The notes beneath the pieces were generated by a model. The model saw only the letters and a list, made by a program, of their open reading frames with translations. It was not told the origin of the DNA and did no database searches. Source: Candidatus Levyibacteriota bacterium (lineage in GTDB: Bacteria; Patescibacteriota; Microgenomatia; Levybacterales; UBA12049). Taken from it: a DNA stretch of 64,000 bases. The position numbers and the translations under genes are program-made. Each line of letters begins with the position of its first letter. The first letter of the stretch is position 1. The DNA is taken from the NCBI GenBank assembly GCA_963716145.1, contig OY970292.1, forward strand, positions 204,104 to 268,103. The letters run 5' to 3'. Of this stretch, positions 47,106-55,597 are shown one piece after another.

Positions 47106-48443
47106 ATGAAGCAAAAAATTGTAATTATCGGCGCAGGAATGGCAGGCTGTTTTATGGCACTTTGTCTTGCGAAAAAAGGGTTTGATGTGGAAATTTATGA
47201 GGAACGTGAGGATATTCGGAAAAAACCAATTGACGCAGGCAGGTCCTTTAATCTAACTCTATACTATCGTGGAATTGTGGCAATGAAAAAAGTAGATGTT
47301 TGGGATGATGTAAGGAAATATGCTGTTATTGCACAAGGAAATGTTGCGCACTACGCAAATAATAAAACAATGTTTTCTCCTTTTGATGTTCATGGTAATG
47401 AAGTTCTGTATACAATCCATAGGAATCAGCTAAATGGTGTATTAATTGATGAAGTTGAGAAGCTATCAAACGTTAAGTTTTCTTTTAACACGCACTGCAT
47501 AGAAATTAAAAGTCATGAAAAATCAATAACTCTTGAAAAGAATGGAAAAAAGATTCAAGCGCAGGCCCATGTTGTGATCGGAGCGGACGGAGCTAATTCT
47601 ATTGTCAGGTCTGAAATTCAAAAAAATACTGACGGAGAACTGAAAATTGAATACGAAGATTGGGGATATAAAGAAGTTCGCGTTGCAGAGGAAATAGCTG
47701 AAAAACTAAACCTTAAACAATATGCAACCCACACATGGCCGCGCCCGGATTCGCTTCTTATCGCTTTTCCGAATCCTGATAAGTCTTTCACATTGATGTT
47801 CAATTTGCCGCTTGAGGGGAAAAATGGCTTTTCCTCTTTAAATACAGATGCAATGGTAAAAGAATACATTGTTACTTTTTTTCCTGACCTTATGCCTTTA
47901 CTTGCGGAGATAGTTCATACATTTCTTGATAAGCCAACCGGTAAGTTTGTAACTGTGCATACGCAGCCCTGGTCCTACAAAGATTTCATGGTTTTGATTG
48001 GTGACAGCGCGCATGGAGTTATTCCTTTTTACGGCCAGGGAGCGTGTGCCGCTTTTGATGATTGCCTCAGGCTTTCAAGCTTGATTGAAGAGCATGGAAA
48101 TAATTGGGAAAAAATATTTAGCACTTACCAATCAGAGAGAAAAGTTAATACAGATATCTTGGCAGAGCTTTCCAAGGAAAACTTCGTTGAACTACGCGAC
48201 AAAAGCAGATCTGCTTATTTTATCTTAAAAGACAAGGCGGATACATTTCTTAACCGCTTGTTTCCCAAGCTCTGGCTTCCTCCCCTTTATGTCTTAATAG
48301 CACATGGCAGTCTTCCTTACTCGCTAGCGCTCGAAAAATACAACAAACAACAAAAAATTGCCAGATGGAGCGGTTTAAATCTGCTGCTTTCAGTATTATC
48401 AATTCCGCTAAAAAAACCTGGGGACCTTGGATTTGTAAGATAA
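47106..48443 (+). CDS. FAD-dependent aromatic-ring monooxygenase (kynurenine 3-monooxygenase/UbiH-like)
   Basis: 445 aa; N-terminal Rossmann IVIIGAGMAGCFMALCLAKKG…E; the DGANS motif (GADGANSIVR); a C-terminal hydrophobic tail. Confidence 0.75.
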   Translation: MKQKIVIIGAGMAGCFMALCLAKKGFDVEIYEEREDIRKKPIDAGRSFNLTLYYRGIVAMKKVDVWDDVRKYAVIAQGNVAHYANNKTMFSPFDVHGNEVLYTIHRNQLNGVLIDEVEKLSNVKFSFNTHCIEIKSHEKSITLEKNGKKIQAQAHVVIGADGANSIVRSEIQKNTDGELKIEYEDWGYKEVRVAEEIAEKLNLKQYATHTWPRPDSLLIAFPNPDKSFTLMFNLPLEGKNGFSSLNTDAMVKEYIVTFFPDLMPLLAEIVHTFLDKPTGKFVTVHTQPWSYKDFMVLIGDSAHGVIPFYGQGACAAFDDCLRLSSLIEEHGNNWEKIFSTYQSERKVNTDILAELSKENFVELRDKSRSAYFILKDKADTFLNRLFPKLWLPPLYVLIAHGSLPYSLALEKYNKQQKIARWSGLNLLLSVLSIPLKKPGDLGFVR

Positions 48444-48950
48444 GTATTTACTGCCAAATTTTTTCGCTAGAATTTTTTCTTCAATCTTAGCTGATTTATA
48501 AAAATAAATCAGCAGCGGAATTCTTAGCACAACTAACCAGCTCCCGATAGCTAGAGCAAATCCAAAATAGATTAGCAAAAAGCCAATGTAAATAGGATTT
48601 CTGGTAAGTTGGAATGGACCGGTTGTAATTAAAGTATCCTGCTTTGCGGAATGCTCAGCCGGTATTCCCCAAGAATTGTTCATGGTAAATCTTGCCCAAA
48701 GCGCGAGAATAGTTCCCGAAATATACATTACAATTCCTGCCGAAACCAGAAGTAAGTCCCATAGGCTTTTCGGAAGTGGAAAATATACAGCCTGAAGAAT
48801 TTGAAGTGCTAAAATTACTGCCTCAACAAGGTTTGTTTTAAGCATTTGCAGATTTATCCGGTTTCTGAAATATCTAATTTCAGTATATATCCAAAAAATC
48901 TTGATTAAAATTATTCCCAGAGTTAATAATATGATTAGCTGTGTGTTCAT
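48408..48950 (-). CDS. ICMT/PEMT-family integral-membrane carboxyl methyltransferase
   Basis: 180 aa, 4-5 TM; C-terminal TTGPFQLTRNPIYIGFLLIYFGFAL matches the isoprenylcysteine carboxyl methyltransferase family SAM-binding region. Confidence 0.65.
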   Translation of the reverse strand: MNTQLIILLTLGIILIKIFWIYTEIRYFRNRINLQMLKTNLVEAVILALQILQAVYFPLPKSLWDLLLVSAGIVMYISGTILALWARFTMNNSWGIPAEHSAKQDTLITTGPFQLTRNPIYIGFLLIYFGFALAIGSWLVVLRIPLLIYFYKSAKIEEKILAKKFGSKYLSYKSKVPRFF

Positions 48951-50188
48951 TTGAGTGCCCCAATCTTACCCAAAGTCTTGAACAGTGTATTTCTGTCTTG
49001 ATTTTTATTCATGGTGAAGACGTATTTATATAATCTTCTCTTATTATATCTTTGATCAAATGAGGCTATAGCTTCAAACAATTTTTTATTCAGTCGCTTT
49101 TTTTTAGATTGATCCAGACTGTACTCAATTGTTTTTTGTAATTCAAATTCTCTTTTTTCTTTTTTCAATATTTTCAGGTTTGCTTCGCCCTGGAGATTAT
49201 AATTTAATTTATAGTCATAATACATATTCCTGACAGCTTTGAGATCAAGCTTATCAAAAGTTTTTGCCTGATAGAGAGCATTGGCGCACACAAGCTCGAT
49301 CATTGTTTGCAAACATTTATAGCACTTTGAACAATTATATTTTCCTTTGATATTTTGTGAACAAACGCGTAGGTATCTGAGAGCAAGATCTGATTTTGAG
49401 ACGACATTTAGTATTTTTCCCAATCTGTTGTATTCTGTCCCATCATGGATAAATTCTGTTTTTTCTGTAGACCATAATTTATCAAGATCAGGATGAGTCC
49501 CGTAGGGGAATACCTCATCTTTTCTCAAACCTGCCGGAATAAATATATTTTTAAATTCCTGTCCTAGAAATAATCCAACTGCTGCCAGTGCACCTCCGTG
49601 AGCAAAGTCCCAAATCAAATACTTCTCAATTATTTCACCGGTATTTGTCTCTACAAATACAGCTTTAATCTTTTCTTCTTTCGCAATTTTTTCAACTACT
49701 TGACGAGTCTGGGAAAATAAGTTTTTGTTTGTTAGAGGAATATCAAATCCATGAACAAGAATAAAACTTTTGATTTTATCCTGTTTAGTTTTGTGCTTAA
49801 GGTAGGTATAGAATGAGTCAACACCTGCCGAAAAAAAGCTAGCTGTTTCAAGCTTTGTGTTTTTAGCAGTAGCGGGAGCAATCTCAGATACTTGAATTTT
49901 TACTTTTTTTAATCCAATATTCCAACTTTCAATCAAATCCATTATTTTTTCAGCATTTTCCAGCAGCTTTTTGGATACTGCACCTTCAATACATATGTCT
50001 TCTCCGGTCTTCATGCATGGAAGAAGAATCGCTGTCAGAAAAGGGGAGTAGTCAGCAGAAATAGACGGCTGGTTTTTCAGATCAGTCGAAAAATACATCG
50101 ACTCAGCCTTGTTATTTTTGAATATAATATTAGCTGATAAGGTAATAATTGGTCCTTTTTTTGACAAAGAAATTTTATTGATATTCAT
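48947..50188 (-). CDS. PP-loop ATP-pyrophosphatase-superfamily protein (QueC/LarE/TtcA-like) with C-terminal Cys cluster and Lys-rich tail
   Basis: 413 aa; the PP-loop-like FFSAGVDSFYT is at about residue 110; a Cys cluster CSQNIKGKYNCSKCYKC; start/stop overlaps with both flanking genes (ATGA). Confidence 0.45.
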   Translation of the reverse strand: MNINKISLSKKGPIITLSANIIFKNNKAESMYFSTDLKNQPSISADYSPFLTAILLPCMKTGEDICIEGAVSKKLLENAEKIMDLIESWNIGLKKVKIQVSEIAPATAKNTKLETASFFSAGVDSFYTYLKHKTKQDKIKSFILVHGFDIPLTNKNLFSQTRQVVEKIAKEEKIKAVFVETNTGEIIEKYLIWDFAHGGALAAVGLFLGQEFKNIFIPAGLRKDEVFPYGTHPDLDKLWSTEKTEFIHDGTEYNRLGKILNVVSKSDLALRYLRVCSQNIKGKYNCSKCYKCLQTMIELVCANALYQAKTFDKLDLKAVRNMYYDYKLNYNLQGEANLKILKKEKREFELQKTIEYSLDQSKKKRLNKKLFEAIASFDQRYNKRRLYKYVFTMNKNQDRNTLFKTLGKIGALK

Positions 50189-50190
50189 AT

Positions 50191-50742
50191 TTAAGCTTCA
50201 ATTCTTCTTCTACCTACTGTTTCTGTTTGAGCTCCAATACGATCCTTGTGCAAAAGTGAGAGCGCCATATCCACACTGGGTCGTGTAGTAATTCCGAGGG
50301 CTTTTTTATACTTTTGTACAAAACCACTTGCACAAAGATCACCATACTCTCCAAAAGAAACTAATTGCGCTTCTTGATCAACTATAAACTCACCACGTGT
50401 GAGTTCATTAAACTTGCCATGAGTTATTTCATCATCTTCATGAAATAGAACAAACCTGTTCCCCAAAATATTTCCCCATCTTTTTATTCTTTGCACCTCA
50501 TCTTTTATCAATGAATTAGGTATCAAATCTTCATCATCCAAAACTCTTCTTGAAACTTCTGGACTTAGCGCTGTTAAATATATTAGGATTGCATCATCTT
50601 GTTCTGCAATTTGTCTTACTCTTTCTTCCCATCTTGATCTTAAATCTAATTGTGTAGGACTTAACTCAGAGGAATCTGTAAAGTGTTCCCTTGCATCAAA
50701 GTCAGGGTGAACCAATACGTTAACACTGGTTATTTTTCTCAT
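50191..50742 (-). CDS. hypothetical protein, first gene of the PP-loop/ICMT cassette
   Basis: 183 aa, acidic; no motif recognised. Confidence 0.4.
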   Translation of the reverse strand: MRKITSVNVLVHPDFDAREHFTDSSELSPTQLDLRSRWEERVRQIAEQDDAILIYLTALSPEVSRRVLDDEDLIPNSLIKDEVQRIKRWGNILGNRFVLFHEDDEITHGKFNELTRGEFIVDQEAQLVSFGEYGDLCASGFVQKYKKALGITTRPSVDMALSLLHKDRIGAQTETVGRRRIEA

Positions 50743-50793
50743 ATTATAAGTATAGCAAAAAAGAGGTTAATAATCAACTATAGGACTAAATTG

Positions 50794-50867
50794 TACGCCC
50801 AGAGGGATTCGAACCCCCGACCATGTCGTTAGAACCGACGTGCTCTATCCAGCTGAGCTATGGGCGC
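50794..50867 (-). tRNA. tRNA-Arg (anticodon UCU)
   Basis: Manual fold: acceptor GCGCCCA/UGGGCGU, D-arm GCUC-AGCUGGAUA-GAGC, anticodon loop GUUCUAA, T-arm GGGGG-UUCGAAU-CCCUC. Confidence 0.7.
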
Positions 50868-50960
50868 GCATATGTATTTTAACAATTAAGCACAAGAACT
50901 GCAATCAAACTTGACTGTTGTGTTCAAATTGTATTTATAATATAGTGAGATAAATACGAT

Positions 50961-51950
50961 ATGTTGCACCAATTTATAAAATACTTATTTAAGAATCAGG
51001 TAATTTTTGCCTTATTTCTAATAGCATTGGGGTGGTTTGTGGTACAAACAAGAGAAATATTTGTTTCAATTTTCCTGGCATATATTATGATGGCGGCAGT
51101 TCTGCCAATGGTGGAATTTCTTCAGAAAAAAGGATTTCCCAAAATGGCTGCTGTTCTTATTCCTTATTTTACAATCGTAATTGCTATTTTCCTTTTGATT
51201 ATTCCGCTAGTTCCTTTTGTAGTTACACAGATTCAATCTCTTATTGTTAATTTTCCAAGATTTATTGACAGATCTGCTGATATGTTTGGAATTAAAATTA
51301 ACCCCAGGCAAATTGAAGGATATGTCAGTAGTGAAATGGACAATCTCGGAAGAAGTGCTATAAATGTGACTACAAAAGTGTTTGGAGGACTATTCTCAAC
51401 TATCACAATTTTTGTTGTGAGTCTGTACCTGCTCATGTATGAAGACTCTTTTAAAAAATCTCTTTCCAGCTTTTTCGCCCATGATTCAAGAGAGAAAGTT
51501 CTCTTAACGCTTGACGAGATAAATTTTAAGCTTGGAGCTTGGTTTCGGGGACAGGTTCTGCTGTGTATTTTTATAGGCTTGCTCTCTTGGATAGGTCTAA
51601 CGATACTTGGGTTGCCTTATGCTGTACCTTTGGCATTGCTTGCCGGAATTTTAGAAGTTGTACCTACGCTTGGTCCTATTCTTTCAGCGATCCCCGCAGT
51701 GATTATCGCTTTGACAGTGTCACCAACAATGGGACTTGCGGTTGCGGTATTGTACATACTAATTCAGGCGCTTGAGAATCAGCTAATTGTACCCAAGGTG
51801 ATGCAAAAGGCTGTAGGATTAAATCCTGTAATCGTGATTTTGGGAATTATGATTGGCGCAAACCTTATGGGAGTTGCCGGTGCACTTCTAGCAATTCCTT
51901 TTATCTCTTTTATAATTGTACTTTTTAAAAGCCTCGAGCAGGGAAAATAA
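50961..51950 (+). CDS. AI-2E family transporter (second paralog)
   Basis: 329 aa; LGPILSAIPAVIIALTVSP…QALENQLIVPKVM; preceded by the TTGACT-18-TATAAT promoter. Confidence 0.75.
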   Translation: MLHQFIKYLFKNQVIFALFLIALGWFVVQTREIFVSIFLAYIMMAAVLPMVEFLQKKGFPKMAAVLIPYFTIVIAIFLLIIPLVPFVVTQIQSLIVNFPRFIDRSADMFGIKINPRQIEGYVSSEMDNLGRSAINVTTKVFGGLFSTITIFVVSLYLLMYEDSFKKSLSSFFAHDSREKVLLTLDEINFKLGAWFRGQVLLCIFIGLLSWIGLTILGLPYAVPLALLAGILEVVPTLGPILSAIPAVIIALTVSPTMGLAVAVLYILIQALENQLIVPKVMQKAVGLNPVIVILGIMIGANLMGVAGALLAIPFISFIIVLFKSLEQGK

Positions 51951-51952
51951 AT

Positions 51953-52573
51953 TTATTTATTTTTTTGGGCGACAACCAAAGACCACGGAAGCGGAGTTAT
52001 GTTTGATTTAACCGTCAGGTGCTTACTTACAAATTTCACAAAATTTTTATTTGTCCAGTGCTGAATATGCTCAATGTCGTTGCCAAGTCTTTTAATATTT
52101 TTTCCCCGTAATAAATTGCCCATCATAAAATATGGTTCATGCGGCACGGAAAGAACTACATACTTTTTTGATACCCGGACCAACTCCTTGAGAGCCTCTT
52201 CAGGCCTTTCCAGATGCTCCAGTACCTCACTGCATATCACAACATCATATGTATTCGCCTTGGCGTCTATGTGGTAAATATCTCCCTGCTTTAGATTGAG
52301 CATAGGATACTGTTTTTTTCCGATTAAAATGGCTTTATCCAAAAAATCAAAACCGAAGAGTTTTTTGCCTATTTTTGCTTTTTCTAGCTTGTGCAGAGTA
52401 AATCCTTCCCCACACCCTGCATCAAGAATAGAGTTAGGACTTAGCTTCTCGATCTCTCTTAATAAGACACCGTAGAAGTTATCAATAAGAAATCTTTGCA
52501 GGAAAGAAAATTTCTTAAGAGATGACTTGACTGTATGTTTTTTAAAATTATCTGTAGTTAAGGCTCTGGACAT
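51953..52573 (-). CDS. class I SAM-dependent methyltransferase
   Basis: 206 aa; motif I ILDAGCGEGF, motif post-I FGFDF, motif II-like VVICSEVLEH. Confidence 0.7.
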   Translation of the reverse strand: MSRALTTDNFKKHTVKSSLKKFSFLQRFLIDNFYGVLLREIEKLSPNSILDAGCGEGFTLHKLEKAKIGKKLFGFDFLDKAILIGKKQYPMLNLKQGDIYHIDAKANTYDVVICSEVLEHLERPEEALKELVRVSKKYVVLSVPHEPYFMMGNLLRGKNIKRLGNDIEHIQHWTNKNFVKFVSKHLTVKSNITPLPWSLVVAQKNK

Positions 52574-52690
52574 AAAGTGAGTTTAAATCTATCAAATGAT
52601 TCTACCTCATTACTGCAACCTAATGCAAGCCTATGCAGTTGATTCTCTTGAGGTAAGTTTTGTTTTTTGTTATACTTAGCGAACGTAAAC

Positions 52691-52762
52691 GCGGGTGTAG
52701 TTCAATGGTAGAACACAACTTTTCCAAAGTTGATACGAGGGTCCGATTCCCTTCACCCGCTC
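52691..52762 (+). tRNA. tRNA-Gly (anticodon UCC)
   Basis: Manual fold: acceptor GCGGGUG/CACCCGC, D-arm GUUC-AAUGGUA-GAAC, anticodon stem-loop CAACU-UUUCCAA-AGUUG, T-arm, discriminator U. Confidence 0.8.
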
Positions 52763-52864
52763 TGGATTCGGCAAGCTCACCATTCGCGGACGTGGTTAAA
52801 CTCGAGGGAAGGGATGAGGAGTTTATCCTGAGCGAAGTCGAAGGAATTCCCTTCACCCGCTCTG
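52762..52864 (+). repeat. tRNA-Gly-associated ~100-bp element: 80-bp insert plus a 19-nt direct repeat of the tRNA 3' end
   Basis: ATTCCCTTCACCCGCTCTG occurs at 52746-52764 (tRNA 3' end plus 3 nt) and again at 52846-52864. The insert starts ATTCGGCAAGCTCA and ends GGGATGAGGAGTTTATCCTGAGCGAAGTCGAAGGAAT, homologous to the tRNA-Lys element. Confidence 0.6.
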
Positions 52865-52868
52865 AATT

Positions 52869-52898
52869 ATTGACCTCTGCCCCTATTTCTGCTATAAT
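52869..52898 (+). promoter_or_regulatory. sigma70-like promoter (TTGACC-18-TGCTATAAT) for the zinc-ribbon gene
   Basis: Immediately downstream of the second repeat copy; the ATG at 52927 follows about 29 nt after the -10. Confidence 0.45.
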
Positions 52899-52926
52899 CT
52901 CTCTAGCTTTAAGGCATTCTCCTAAT

Positions 52927-53208
52927 ATGACCAATAAATACACAAATCCATGTATCCGCTGTGGAAAAGAAAGGATTCAATCAAAAAAGTGGAAAGAAAA
53001 AACGGTTACTTTCTCAGGCACAACCATTGTGGTAACCCGCACAGAGAATATCTGTCCTGACAAAGAGTGTCAAAAGGTTGTTGACAAAGAATTGAGAGCT
53101 CAAAAAGCAAAAAGAGACAAAATTAAAAGCGATAGGGAAGAGCGTGTTGCTGAGAATCTTCAAAAAAAGGCAGATATCAAAAAAGCTCACCTCCAAAAAA
53201 CCGCATAA
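52927..53208 (+). CDS. small zinc-ribbon protein with basic coiled-coil tail
   Basis: 93 aa with CIRCGK…29 aa…CPDKEC (CxxC-Xn-CxxxC). The ORF in the track starts at 52660 but would run through tRNA-Gly, so the ATG at 52927 with its promoter is preferred. Confidence 0.5.
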   Translation: MTNKYTNPCIRCGKERIQSKKWKEKTVTFSGTTIVVTRTENICPDKECQKVVDKELRAQKAKRDKIKSDREERVAENLQKKADIKKAHLQKTA

Positions 53209-53263
53209 GATTCTAGTATTAGCTACTGTACAAGTTCTTAACTGATTTTATATAATTCAAGCG

Positions 53264-53812
53264 ATGAATGCAGCGCTAATTGCTAGTATTTTAGGGACAA
53301 TAATTTCAATTGTCGGGTTTTCTAGACTGGCGATACGAAATTATGTATTTGGTAGTGGTAAAACCCTAAGCGAACTCGCAGCGAAAGATAATAAAACCCT
53401 AAGAAACCATGGAATTATTTTATGGGTCTGTGCTTCTCTTTTTACATTTAGCGTCTTCCAATTAATAGTACCTAATCTGGAAGCGGGTTTTTGGCTTGGA
53501 ATTGCTTGGATAATTGGTATTTCTTGCGAGTTATTACTTCCATTTATACCCGCCAGTTCTGGATTGACAAAAAGAATTCATAACTTTTTGGCTTTTTCTA
53601 TGGTATCTGGTATGGCTCTTGTCACTTTCTTATTCTCTATATACCTAAATGGTTTATATGCAATCGGTGAGATAATCATATTTATCTTAATGTTTATCGT
53701 AGGGATTACTGCTTTAAAATTGAGAAAACACTTTATCTACTTTCAATTACCTTATATCTATCTTTCCAACCTAAGTGTTATCGTAGCTGTTTTGGGTGTT
53801 TTAAACACCTAA
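53264..53812 (+). CDS. hypothetical polytopic membrane protein
   Basis: 182 aa, 5-6 TM helices. Confidence 0.35.
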   Translation: MNAALIASILGTIISIVGFSRLAIRNYVFGSGKTLSELAAKDNKTLRNHGIILWVCASLFTFSVFQLIVPNLEAGFWLGIAWIIGISCELLLPFIPASSGLTKRIHNFLAFSMVSGMALVTFLFSIYLNGLYAIGEIIIFILMFIVGITALKLRKHFIYFQLPYIYLSNLSVIVAVLGVLNT

Positions 53813-53868
53813 CTTAATCTGCTGTTGAATAAGAAGTCCTATTTAGGTTAAAATAGCATATACCATAA

Positions 53869-53951
53869 GCCGCGGTGGTGGAATGGTATACACGGGGGCC
53901 TTAAGAGCCTCTGTCAGCAATGATATGAGAGTTCGACTCTCTCCCGCGGCA
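53869..53951 (+). tRNA. tRNA-Leu (anticodon UAA), long variable arm
   Basis: 83 nt; acceptor GCCGCGG/CCGCGGC, anticodon stem-loop GGGGC-CUUAAGA-GCCUC, long variable arm, T-arm GAGAG-UUCGACU-CUCUC. Confidence 0.75.
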
Positions 53952-54053
53952 CAAGTCTCGCTTTGGCGAGACAACACGGAACTTAGAACAGAAAACAAAA
54001 GTAAATCAGGTTCTTGGTTCAGAATTTTTAGTTCAAGGTTTTGCAAAGCAGAA

Positions 54054-54126
54054 CGGGGAGTGGCTCAGTTGGTAGAGCGGGCGGTTTGGGACCGTCAGGT
54101 CGGAGGTTCGAGTCCTCTCTCCCCGA
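54054..54126 (+). tRNA. tRNA-Pro (anticodon UGG)
   Basis: Acceptor CGGGGAG/CUCCCCG, D-arm GCUC-AGUUGGUA-GAGC, anticodon stem-loop GGCGG-UUUGGGA-CCGUC, T-arm GGAGG-UUCGAGU-CCUCU. Confidence 0.8.
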
Positions 54127-54128
54127 CA

Positions 54129-54506
54129 ATGAAAATTAAAAATAACGCGCTTGCTGTGGGAATATGGTCTGAGGACTATGAAAATCTGGCGAATTGGTAC
54201 CAGAATGTATTGGGTCTTCCATTCAAAGAAAAATCCAATTTACCGGGGGATTCTTATGTCGCGTTTGATTTTGGGGAAAACTGGTTTTGGATAGGCAAGC
54301 ATGATCAAGTAACTGGCAAAAATAAAGATCCTTACAGGATAATGGTTGAATTTTATGTCGAAAGTGTATCTGAGGCTTTCGAGGAATTAAAAAATAGCGT
54401 TGAATTTGTAGCTGAGCCTTTCCAGGACCCTCTGGATGCAAAGGGTTGGTGCATGACCTTCAAGGACCCCGAAGGAAATATTCTCCAAATGTACGGTGGT
54501 AAATAA
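54129..54506 (+). CDS. VOC/glyoxalase-family protein
   Basis: The 125-aa protein MKIKNNALAVGIWSEDYENLANWYQNVLGL… starts 3 nt after tRNA-Pro. The ORF in the track starts at 53883 but covers two tRNAs and is rejected. Confidence 0.6.
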   Translation: MKIKNNALAVGIWSEDYENLANWYQNVLGLPFKEKSNLPGDSYVAFDFGENWFWIGKHDQVTGKNKDPYRIMVEFYVESVSEAFEELKNSVEFVAEPFQDPLDAKGWCMTFKDPEGNILQMYGGK

Positions 54507-54515
54507 TTAGAAGAA

Positions 54516-55121
54516 TTACTGTAGCATGTAAGCTTCTATCTCCTCAATTGCCTGCTCGTTGGTTTTAAACATCACACAATGAATTCCCAGCTTTTTTGCC
54601 GCTTTTATATTTTCATGAGTATCGTCAATAAAAAGAGTTCTTTCGGCAACAGTTTCTAACCGTCCCAAACCGAGCTCAAAGAATCTAGTATCGGGTTTTT
54701 CCAGGCCTTCTTCGCCTGAAATAATCATCTCAGAAGTAATTTTGTCCAGATGATATCTATCTGCGTAAACCTTACGGGCGTTTTCCCAGGCATTGGTAAA
54801 AAGCGCTATTCTATACTTGTCACGTAAGCCTTGCATATAGACATAGAATTCCGTATTGATAGTATCCCCTGCATAAAAATCAATTTTCATCTGAGCTTGC
54901 TCAGTTTCCGACAAAGCAAATTTCTTGCCAATATCTTTCCAGATTATTTCATCTGTTGTAATCCCAATTGTTGCAAAGTCTGCCGGTTCCATAGAATACA
55001 CTTCGTCAGTAAGTTGACCCCGTGAAAGGCCCAACTTTTCCTCCCATATTCTCCGTTTGCCTGTATCCACCGTTTGCACCAAAACACCGCCGACATCAAG
55101 AAGTATGGTATCAATTGACAT
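54516..55121 (-). CDS. HAD-superfamily hydrolase
   Basis: 201 aa; motif I ILLDVGGVLV (DxG), motif II-like FTNAWE, motif IV FIDDTHENI. Confidence 0.65.
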   Translation of the reverse strand: MSIDTILLDVGGVLVQTVDTGKRRIWEEKLGLSRGQLTDEVYSMEPADFATIGITTDEIIWKDIGKKFALSETEQAQMKIDFYAGDTINTEFYVYMQGLRDKYRIALFTNAWENARKVYADRYHLDKITSEMIISGEEGLEKPDTRFFELGLGRLETVAERTLFIDDTHENIKAAKKLGIHCVMFKTNEQAIEEIEAYMLQ

Positions 55122-55122
55122 A

Positions 55123-55578
55123 TTAATTATTTACAATTGTCTGCAAATATTCTTTTCCTTTTTGATGTTTTATAAAAAATATGGTCCAGTAGGATTTAAT
55201 CCCTACCCGCAGCATAGCCTCGTGTCTGTGATTACCATCAGCCAATTCAAAATGGTTCCAAAAGTCAGTGACTATCAGCGGAGCGGGTTGATAACCCTCT
55301 TTAATTTTCTTCGCCAACTTATCAACCTGTGCCTCCCAAATATCAGGTGACTGGCGGTGTTCTTCGTTTTCCTCAGGCCCTACGATTCTCTTCAATTGTG
55401 AAAGCGGAAATTCCATGATCTCAATTGCAATTGGCGTCTCTTGCGCAAGCGATTTAGCAAGATTGTAATTACCCTCACTAATTAAAAGGTTCTGAACCCA
55501 TTTTCCCAGCGCTCCTGATTTTTGAGCCACTAGAGCATTGTCTGAGGTGGGAGAAAAGTTTAAATCATTATTTTTCAT
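55123..55578 (-). CDS. ParB/Srx-fold (ParB-like nuclease domain) protein
   Basis: 151 aa; YQPAPLIV……ELADGNHRHEA matches the ParB-like DGxHR motif. Confidence 0.5.
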   Translation of the reverse strand: MKNNDLNFSPTSDNALVAQKSGALGKWVQNLLISEGNYNLAKSLAQETPIAIEIMEFPLSQLKRIVGPEENEEHRQSPDIWEAQVDKLAKKIKEGYQPAPLIVTDFWNHFELADGNHRHEAMLRVGIKSYWTIFFIKHQKGKEYLQTIVNN

Positions 55579-55597
55579 AATTTAATGGTATCATATT

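Noticed and set aside
52660-53208. 182-aa ORF starting at 52660
   Set aside because: The 5' part overlaps tRNA-Gly and the repeat element. The internal ATG at 52927 has its own promoter and gives a compact zinc-ribbon protein.
53883-54506. 207-aa ORF spanning 53883-54506
   Set aside because: It overlaps tRNA-Leu and tRNA-Pro. The real VOC-family gene starts at the ATG at 54129.
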